NCBI RefSeq assembly: GCF_036321535.1
Contig: NC_087437.1
Coordinates: 64,792,001 to 64,856,000 of the forward strand
Direction of reading: 5' to 3'
Length of the DNA stretch: 64,000 nucleotides
Origin: Camelus dromedarius
Taxonomy: Eukaryota
Below the pieces are notes generated by a model. That model had not been told where the DNA came from. It saw nothing but the letters and a program-made list of their open reading frames with translations, and searched no databases. The translations under genes were made by a program, and so were the position numbers. This document shows, one piece after another, positions 54,167 through 64,000 of the stretch; the stretch's first letter is position 1, and each line of letters opens with the position of its first letter.

Positions 54167-55928
54167 AAACTGAAAAGAGCAGGCAAACTAAATCCAGAGC
54201 AAGCAGAAGAAAGGAACAAAGGATTAGAGTAGAAATCACTTTTCTTCCTTCATTCCCCAAGACTTCAGGGATACAAGGTGATTATCTATATTAAACTCTG
54301 ACTGAGGAGTTAGGATAACAGAGGGGAATTTGAAAACAGCATTGGAAAGAGCATCAAAATGAATGTACATTACTATTTCTTGAACTGGTTGTGCTCTTCC
54401 CTCAGTGGAATTCTGGTGCCAACTATTAAAATAGTAATGTGTTTTCCTCTCTTAACGAAAAAAATATGCATCTTTAAACTGAGGCAATACGTATGGTGGT
54501 TTCAATCACATATGCCTCGTGTGGTTGGCAGGACTGCCAAGAGCTCTGTATTCTGAGGTTGAGTCTAGGTTCAGCGAAAAGGATCAGCGCTGCTGCCTGT
54601 GGTGGCCCAGGGTTGGTCATCTTTGGTTAGTGTTAACGTTCTGTGATTAAATAGGGTTATATGCTGAACCCATTTCCACAGGCAAGAGAGGAAATCGAAT
54701 TCTCTCGCCTCAGAATAGGGACAGCTTGTGCTATCCCAGAACCACATTAGACTGAATAAAACAAAATTTTGCTTTCCTGTGAAATGGTGCTGCCCTCATA
54801 TCCATGTGCTGGAAGAAAGATGAATCATGTGGCTCTGTGCCCTGGTCAGCTATGTCCACAGGCTGCAGCCAGTAGTCAAGGACGGGGCAGGAAATGACCC
54901 TGAGTTGCTCACCGCAGTTTGCTGCTAGAGAGGAAAGCGGCTGGTGTCTTCAGGATATTTAAAGGGGGCTGCAATCTTGTCAGGCTCCTGTTAATCAGCA
55001 CAACTTCCTTATTTATCAGGATAATGTGGTGTGGGATTAGAGAGAAAGCCTAGTCTTTAGCTTTCAGGAAATAAATTTTTTCCTGTCTTACCCCACAGCT
55101 GTGAACCCAAGATTAACCATTTTACTCTCTCAGTATTGACCCTAACTGTGATCTACCAAGCTCATATTTGAGTGTTTAATTCTGTCTCAAGTCTCGATTT
55201 TTAAAATTGTTGTCTGCTGATTACTAAGAAAACCATAATTATAAATATCAAACTTCCTTTCCAAGTAGTGTTTCAGGTTCCTTTGAGAAGGAAAATTCTG
55301 GCCTTATTTTCTTTTGTGGGAGAAGCAGCTCTCCTTGAATTTCAGATGAGCTGTTGATTGGGTCCATCAGATTTTCCATTAAAATGTCTAGGATGACTCT
55401 TCCCCTTGCAGGCAGGGAGTCCTACAGGCTGTCTCTCTCTTTTCCTGAGAATCCTGTTTTCTCCCGTGTCACAGGCTGGTTTGGGACCCAGTGCTGTTCA
55501 GAGGGAGCCTCCTTCTTACCCCAGGTACCAGGCCCCCATGAGCAGAGTTCCCTGCGGAGCTGAAGCTTCCGTTAAACACTCATGGAAGCAGCCAGAGGTG
55601 GTGGCCTTGCAGGCAGCCCCCCACTCTGATGGTTCATGATTTGGCGTGGAGGTGGTGGTGACGCAGGTGACAGAATAGAGAAGATAGTTTCTGCTGCTGC
55701 ACTGGAAAAGTTAAAACATGTGAGCTGACTGAAAACCACCAGGGCATGGCATAGAGCTCTGCTTAGGAAAGAAAACTCCAGATTCAGGTGTAGGGCCTGG
55801 GACTGGGTCAGTGTCCAGCCAACACCATACAACCTTATGTGCTGAGCAGGTGGTTGGCAAAACTTCTGGCCAGCTTGAGCCATCCTTTTAGCTAAGCTTG
55901 ACTAAAGTGTTCACAAGCTTTGCCCAGT

Positions 55929-55961
55929 GCTAGCTAGCTAGATAGCTAGATAGCTAGATAG

Positions 55962-56000
<39 letters not shown>

Positions 56001-56060
56001 TTCATACATACATACATACATACATACATACATACATACATGCATGCATACATACATAAA
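55929..56060. repeat. Compound tetranucleotide microsatellite (TAGC/TAGA)n(TTAT)n(CATA)n
   Basis: Directly visible; about 10 TTAT and more than 10 CATA units. Confidence 0.97.
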
Positions 56061-57619
56061 TACAAACAAAGAATAGCCACATTGCTCTCTGCTTCTGTGG
56101 CGAGGTCTGCCTAGGAATCTGGAAGATAAGTAAGTCCAGCAGAGCACTTGGTCAGGTCAATGGAGGAAATCTTTTCCTCTCCATGCCTGGGGGCATTGGC
56201 TGGGCTCAGCAATCTTTGAATGCCCCTAGGTCACTCTTTGTAGACTTATTGCCAGGCCTCTGAAAGCCTCTGTGGGGTCCCAGAGACCACCTACCCATTT
56301 ATCTCAGAGATGCATCCTCACTATTTGAGAGAGGCCCCAGTAATAAAAGCACAGCAAGTCAAATAATAAAACATGTCTTGGGTACCTTATATGTGCTCAG
56401 CACTGAGCTGGGTGGTGAAAAAATTAAATATTATAAAAAGTATAATGCCTATCATTTATTGAGTATTTAAAAAAAACTCTAGGATTCATAATAAAACTGG
56501 GGGAAAAAAACCTAGGAGGCCCATTATTATTCACATTTTACACATGAGAAAACTGAGCTGAGGATAAGTTTAAAAAATCTGCCCAAGACTGTGCAGCTGG
56601 TGGAACAGAGATTTGATTGGAAATGCCAGGCTCTGAAAAACATGACTGCATGTTCTGTCTTCTGGTTTTTTTTCACAGTCTATATATTTAGGTTTGGTTT
56701 TGTGACAAGATCTCTGTTATTACTGTGAGGGCCTTTCTCAAATTATAGGAGGCATTTACATGCCACTGTTTCAAATAGTTCTCAAAAATGTACTTTTATT
56801 TACCTCACTATCTGTTTGTTCATCTAAGCACAGAGTATTTTATCTGGATCAGGTTCATCTGACAACTCCAGAGTGATTTTTCCACCCCTACATGCTCCAA
56901 ATCCCTTACGCTAGGAGTTTAATTTTTCTGTCACCTGTTTGTTGGCTCAGTTTTCTCAGAACTTTGTTTCTTGGAGCGAGAGTGACTCAGGCCATGCTAA
57001 GTCAGCAGGGCAGCCAGGAGACAGGGAAGCACAGTCAAACCAGAGTCTATCCCTGTTCGGCAGGAATGGTGTCAGGCAAAATAATAGCCACAGGGATCAG
57101 ACAATTAGAATGAGTCATGATGAGAGCTGCTGTAGAGGTGAGCCAGGCATGTGGAAGCTCCAACACCCATTCTCTCACAACACCTTGTTTTTCTCTTGCC
57201 TGATATTTACTACAATATGAAACGAGTGTGCATATTTAATTACTTGTTTAATGTATGTTCTTTCTACGAGACTGGGAGCTCCATGAGAGCAGAGGTCTTG
57301 TCTGCTTTATTCACCATTGTATATCCAAGGCCTAGCACTGTGCCTGGCATGTGGGAAGTAGTCAGTAAGTATTAACTGAATAAATGAATGAATGAATGGG
57401 AACCATTCCATCCTGAGAAGGACCAGGGATTCTGTCTCATAGTAGGTGCAATATAGAAGTGTTTACAGCAAATTAGATATAGGAAAGATATGGTTAGTGA
57501 GTTACAAGATAGGATGGAAAAAATTGTCAAGAGGAAAAAAAAAGCTGGGGAACATAGGTGAAAAGTTAACAGGCAAGGAGGATAGCCTGGGACGGTCTAA
57601 ATCAGTTCATCAGAGTTGC

Positions 57620-59530
57620 AGTAGGAGAAGAAAGAGAAATTTGGAGAAACAGTATATGAAGAGATAATGCATAACTAACTGGAAATGAAAAAGAGACTGC
57701 AATACACCAAATTAGGAAGCTAAACAACATAAATGAAAAAAAGTCCCATACATACCTAGACACATCGTAAGGAGACTTCAGAACTCCAGAGACAAAGAGA
57801 AGAAGACCTTTAAAGAAGCCGGAGGGGGAAAAACAGATTGCTTTCAAAGGAGTGACTGCTTGTCAGTTGACTTCTCAATTTAACAAGGAAAGCTAGAAGG
57901 CAGTGAAACAATATATTCAATGCACTGAGAAAATAATTGCCAAAATAGAATCTTGTATCTGTCAAGAGTAAGGGTAAATAAACAAAAACAGAGAGATTTT
58001 CAACAGCAGAGTGTCACTTAAAGAAATTCTAGTGTTCGTAGTGATGGTTTCACTGCTGTGTACTTATCTGCAAGCTCATTAAGTTGTATATGTTAAATAC
58101 GTACAGCATTTTGTATGTGAGTTATACCTCGATAAAGTGGTCTTAAAAAGAAAAAAATTCTAATGCATGTACTTCAGAAAGACAGAAAATGATCCTGAGG
58201 GATCCTAGAGGGAAGGTCTCTAATACAAGAAGAAATAAAGAACAGTAGAATTAATAAATATGTGGGTAAATTGATCATATAAAACAATAATGACATCTTG
58301 TGATATTAAAAAAGATGAGATATAATTAAAATACGTAGTAAAAATAATATGTAAGTTGGAAGGGGTTTAAATGGTATTAAAAATGTTTTGTGGGCTTTTT
58401 ATTGTCCAAGAGGAGATAGTGATTAACTGTATACTTTGATAAGTTTGGCTGTTGTAATTTCCATAATAATCATTAAAATAATGGGAACAAAATGTTTAAT
58501 TTTGCACCTCATAGAGGAAGAACTTAGAATTTGGGGAAATAATCTAAAAGAAAGCAAGTAACAAGAGAAAAATACACACAGAAAAGGTGAGACAAAAAGC
58601 ACAAAACAAAGTGATATAAACCGCCATATATCAGCAATTATACTTAATAATAATTGATAAACTGGCTATAAAACTGAAGTTTTAGTTTTAGTATAAAAAC
58701 TAAAAATAAATGTCTAGACACATCTGAAGTATGAAAACACTGAGAGTATGAATTATAAAGACACAGAAGGTAAAAGGGCAGAAAAAGGTACAGTATACAG
58801 ATACTAACCAAAAAAAGCTGGTTAACATCTCACAAAGACTTAAAGGCAAAAAGAATTACTGTATGTGATGAGAATCACTGTATAACAATAAAGAGCTCAA
58901 TTCACCAGGAAGACATTATAATTTAAAATTTACAATGCACCCAATTACATAGCCTCAAAATATACAAATTGAAAATTAACAGAATTACGAGGAGAAATAG
59001 AAGAAATATGCACAACTATAGTGAGAGATTTAAAAAGCTTCAGTAATAGAACAACAATGCAAAAAAAAATCAATAAGAATTTAAATGATTTAACTAACAT
59101 GATTAAGAGATTTTACATAATGAACTTAGGCAGAACATTGTACCCAACAACTACAGAAGGTACTTCCTTTTCAAGCCCATATGGAAAATATTAAAAAATC
59201 TGACCACACACTAGGCCATAAAGAAGTCACAATAAAACCAAAGGCTGGAAATTATGCAGAGCATTGTCCTCTGACTACAATGTAATTAAGCTAAAAAGTG
59301 GTAAAAAAAAAAAAAAAAAAAGAAAGAAACAAAAAAACCCTAAAAAAATCCCTAAATGTTTAGAAAATAAGAAACACATTCATAAATAACCCATGTGTCA
59401 TACAAGAAATCACAATGGAATTTAGAAAATATTTTGAACTGAACAATAATGAAAATGCTGCATCGCATATTTGGGGGATACAGTTAACACAATTTTTAGA
59501 GAGCAATTTATAGCCTTAAGTAGACCAGAA
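57620..59530 (+). mobile_element. Old L1M fragment (decayed ORF1 end and ORF2 endonuclease region)
   Basis: A-rich, with L1-like strings cctagacacatc, gaaagctagaaggcagtg, caattcaccaggaagacat and agcctcaaaatatac. Confidence 0.75.
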
Positions 59531-59534
59531 AAGA

Positions 59535-60560
59535 AGAATGAAAAGACGACTTACAGAATGGGAGAAAATACTTGGAAACAATGCAACCAGCAAGGGGTTA
59601 ATATCCAAAATATACAAACAACTTACACAATTCAATATCAAAAAACCAAACAACCCAATCAAAAAAATGGGTAGAAGACCTAGATAGACATTTCTCAAAA
59701 GAAGACACAGATGGCCAACAGACACATGAAAAGATGCTCAAAAGCGCTAATTATTAAAGAAATGCTAATCAAAAACCACAATGACGTATCACCTTATACC
59801 TGTCAGAATGGCTATCATCAAAAAGTCTATGAATAATAAATACAGTAGACGCTGCGAAGAAAAGGGAACCCTCTTACACTGTTGGTGGGAATTTAAATTG
59901 GTGCAGCCACTATGGAAAACAGTATGAAGGTTACTTAAAATCTAAAACCAGTGTTACCATATAACCCAGCAAACCCACTCCTGCCCTAGGCATATACCCA
60001 GAAAAGATGAAAACTCTAATTTGGAAAGATACATGTACCCTAGTGTTCATAGCAGCACTATTTACAGTAGCCAAGACATGGAAACAACCCAAGTGCCCAT
60101 CAACAGATGATTAGTTTAATAAGATGTATTTTACGCACACGCACGCACGCACGCACGCGCACACACACACACACACACACACACTGGAATATTATTCAGC
60201 TGTAAAAGGAATGAAATACTGCTATTTGCAGCAACATGGATGGACCTAGAGATTATCATACTAAGTGAAGTAAGTCAGACAGAGAAGGACAAATATTATA
60301 TGATGTTACTTATATGTGGAATCTAAAAAATAATGTAAATGAATCTATATACAAAACAGAAACAGACTCACAGACATAGAAAATCAACTTATGGTATGGT
60401 TACCGAAGGGGAAAGGGAAGGAGGATATAAATTAGAAGCATGAGATTAACAGATATAAACTACTGTACATAAAATAGATGACCAACAGAATTTACTGTAT
60501 AGCACAGGGAAGTGTATTCAATATCTTGTAATAACCTATGAATAAAATAAATTTTAAAAA
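59535..60560 (+). mobile_element. LINE-1 3' portion (decayed ORF2 C-terminus and 3'UTR) with internal (CACG)n(CA)n
   Basis: Typical L1 strings gaatgggagaaaata, aaagatgctca, gcagccactatggaaaacagtatg, ctaagtgaagtaagtcagacagagaa and tatagcacaggga. Confidence 0.9.
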
Positions 60561-62828
60561 GAGTAAGTGGATTCTCAAAATCATGCTGAATGAAAGAAGC
60601 CAATAACCAAGGAATACATACTGTATGACCTCACTTATGTAAAATTCTTAAAAATCAATCTGTTATCTATAAACTAATCTATAAGGTGAAAAAGCAGATC
60701 AGTAATTGTCTGGAGGCCAAGGATGGAGGGTGGTATGGATGGCCAGGGCATGAGGAGTCTTTTGGGGATGAAAGAAATGTTCTGAATCTTGGTTTTGGCA
60801 GCAGCTTCATGGTATATAGATATGTCAAAACTCATCTAATTATACATTTTTATGTGGCTAGAGTTTGTAAATTACACAAATTGATTTAAGTAGTGCATGG
60901 GGACAAACTATAGGATCGAGGCTGACCACATAAATTGCCAGGCCCAATGCCAAATGAAAATGTGAGCACCTTGTTCAAAAAAGCAGGAAGAAAGCTTTTT
61001 CCTTTTTCTGTGGCCTCTCTTCGCCTATCATGGTCTTTCTGACTTGCTATTTGATGTCATGCTCCCTTGGGCTCAGGGATACTCCTGGGGCAAGTGCAGA
61101 TCCTCCCAGGTGCTTGGGGGCCCCACCTCATGACTCTACACTAGTGCAGGCATGAAACCCACCAACTGCTGGGTTACCCCTCCCATTAACAGAAAGTCCA
61201 GTCCGTCATCTCCCCTTCCCATGGGCCACCACTCCAACCTACCGAGTACTGCAACCTCCATGCCTGGACATGCTAGGTTCCTGGACACAGGTGGATGAGA
61301 GGCTCTCCTCCACCCTGTCACCTCTGAATTTGCCATGGTGCTGCCAGCCTGGGGCAAGGACAGCTGCCACCATCCCCCACCCCATATACTGTAGGGCACA
61401 ATCCCAACCCTCTCTGTGCCCTTGCCCAGGCCCCCAACAGGGCATAGGGTGACAGCTGTTGTAGCATGGGGCTGAGAGTGGGAGGCTGGGGTGCCAGGGG
61501 TGATTGGCTGAGAACCTGTTCTAGAAAGATGGTAGGAGGTAGGATCAGTCTTGAGCTGGGGCTCCAAGCCTGTAGCACATTGTTCTGTCAGACTTCCCTT
61601 GTAAAACTCAAATTCAAAGATACAGTTATTAAACCAAGAATAGGCCCTTCTGATCATGGAACGTTGGATGACTGCCCTGGTTGCACACCCCATGAATCCA
61701 ACCCTGTATGAAATATTCATACAATGGAATAACATGGAGCATGTTAAAAGTAAGATGCTTTAGGCACACACACACTATATGTATAAATCTAACAAACATT
61801 GTGTGAAACTAGTCGCACATACAGTGTATTTCTATTTACGTAATGTTTGGAATCCTGAGCAAATTAAACTATATTGATTAGGGTGCATACACAGGCTATA
61901 AAACTATAAATAAAACAAGAAAACTTTTATCACACAGGCAGGACAAACTTTGATCACCTCTGGGGGGAATGGTGGGTTTGTGACCTCAGTTTCCTTCTCA
62001 TCCATTCTTGATCTCTCTTAATTATATGTATTAACCAGGACCCCTGATGGCAGCCCATCTCCTTACCCCGGGGAATACCATGTTCTGTGAACCATCTCTG
62101 GGGATCTCTGAGGCCCCCCTGGCCGCTGTTCCAAACTTGCTGCCCGTCACATCAACTATGAGCAATACCTGTGACGTTTAAGTGCAGCCCCTGGCCGCTG
62201 CTGTTCCAGAGTCTTGTCATCCCCTTGGATCCTGTAAAGCCCACTTCTGTAACAGTGTCTTCTACTGTCAGTCCTAGCCAATGGAGAATATTACTGCACT
62301 TTTGACAATGTGTGTCCCCCTCTCACCAGCATGTTTCTTATCACCTTGGTTAATGAGGTATCTTTCAGGCCCTGCTGTGAAACACAGTGATGGGTTTTCC
62401 AGGTTTATGTAGCAGGCTCATTCTAGCATTCCAACTTCTCAAAGCCCTTTGAGTCTTTTCTCAACAGTTTGCGTCTTTACTTCATTTACTATGGGCCATG
62501 TTTTTTTCTAATCTTCAGGCAACATCCCAGTAGTGTATTAGAACTGTAACCCAGGACCCTTTGACAACCAGATGTTAAATTCTTTATTTAGGTATTTATT
62601 CTGCCTCCCTTGATCCAGCCCCCATGATCCACTCCCAGCGTACTTTCCCAGTTCCTGCCAGTACATGCTAGCCAGGGTCTACAGCTCTTTTGGTATGTTT
62701 TCTCTTTCTTCTCATAGCAAGTCTGGTATTCCCTCAGTCAGGTTTTGCAGAGACTTAGTCCTAACTGTGCGTCTGGTGGCCAGATGGAGGTGAGGGGTCC
62801 TGAAGAGGCCAAGGATTGCCTTGAAAAT

Positions 62829-62950
62829 ATGGTTGCCAGATTTAGCAAATAAAAATACAGGATACAGGAGGTTAGGATACTAAAATATTATTCATTGTTT
62901 GTCTGAAATTCAAATTTAACTGGGCATCTTGCACATTATCTGGTAAATCT
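62829..62950. mobile_element. hAT MITE (MER53-like)
   Basis: TIR-like ggttgccagat ... atctggtaa, with internal ctgaaattcaaatttaactggg. Confidence 0.7.
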
Positions 62951-63636
62951 ACTGCCTCATTTGAGGCTTCTTTTTAGCCTTTAAGCTGGGGAAGTTCTCT
63001 ATTTTTCAACAAGGGAGAATTCATCACTCTGGAAGCCCCGGAGGGTTCAGGCAATTCAAACTTCTCATTAAATCCCCAGCCTGATCTTCAGCGGTGCCTC
63101 CCTTCTAGCTGCAGGAAATGAGTGTCTTTTTAAATGCTGTCAAGGAAATACTCTGAACTCTTTTGCCCCTAAAAGTTGTTGATTAATAGAGCTGAGCCCA
63201 TGATTTTCTCTCTGTAAAGAATCAATGGTGGTTACCAACAGCTATCCGATTCCACAGTTTTACCTTTCAGTTATTAGTGCCCCCATACCCCTCAAACTGA
63301 CACAGTAGTTCCTAAATTTGTCAGCACATTGGAATCATTTGGGAGCTTCTAAAAATCTTGGTGCCTGTGTCCTACCCCAAGAAATTGTTATGTAATAGTC
63401 TTAGGTGTGGTCTGGGCTTAGGAAATTTTGAGATTACCAGGTGACTTTTTAATGCTAGGACATTGTACCAGTTAGTGCATCCCCTATATCCCATTATAGC
63501 TCACACAGGTAAGTCTTAGTAACCTACTGCCCCAGCATCCAGGCAGTATCAATATCTTGTCCTCATTGTCATCCAGCTGGTGAGTAATCCAACTACAAAA
63601 TCTCACCCTTTGTGTTACTTCCTAGGACCCTTCCTG

Positions 63637-64000
63637 TTGTGGGCACACAACACAGTGACAGTGACATGCGGGTTGGTAAAAAATTAACCAGAGACCGAGA
63701 AAAGTTTAGGAAAGTTTAATAGGTATGCTGCCAAAGGCAACAGCGGGCCACACAGGTGAGAAGTGCCTGCATGAGTGCTGAGGGTGGGTGTACAGGGTCT
63801 TTTATTGGGGGGAGGGGGCTGTGCACACAAGGAGTAGGGGCTGCATGATCAGTTCGTGCACAGGTACCTGACTGGTTGTAAGATCTGTCAGAGACTTCTC
63901 TGAACAATAGGTTTTATAGCTTTGATAAGGGCCTGTCCGCCTAGAGTATTCTGAGGCAGGCTGTCTCCTGGGGCTATGAGTTTTGTTAGGGTAAACACAC
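63637..64000 (-). mobile_element. Probable ERV LTR running off the window end
   Basis: Begins TGTTG, followed by U5/R-like sequence with a reverse-strand ATTAAA (tttaat ~63715) and AATAAA (~63801). Family not identified. Confidence 0.45.

Noticed and set aside
61136..61735. 199-aa ORF upstream of CASR
   Set aside because: Lies in probable MER45-like DNA-transposon remnant sequence, with no recognisable domain or splice pattern.

Overview
This is eukaryotic (mammalian) genomic DNA, probably camelid, judging from a tRNA-derived SINE resembling Vic-1, young L1 3' ends and no recognisable Alu, B1, Bov-A/BovB, PRE1 or SINEC. The window holds the 5' half of the calcium-sensing receptor gene CASR on the minus strand. 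Its parts are non-coding first exons 1A (~44855-44987+) and 1B (~44203-44400) with promoters P1 and P2 and a CpG island, a ~38 kb intron 1, exon 2 (6009-6433, ATG at 6193), exon 3 (3310-3616) and part of intron 3. The rest is intronic or upstream DNA rich in L1, L2, MIR, CR1, hAT MITE and LTR remnants. Apart from one decayed L1 ORF2 fragment, the other ORFs in the track look spurious. I found no new multi-gene system. The best leads are regulatory: a GC rather than GT dinucleotide at the exon 1A donor; a 29-codon uORF in frame with the CASR CDS and separated from it by one TGA; five perfect GCM motifs, one beside a full CRE; P1 motifs apparently lying in an old antisense L1 fragment; and an intragenic CpG island. 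Comparisons to human CASR and repeat family names come from memory and need alignment or RepeatMasker confirmation.
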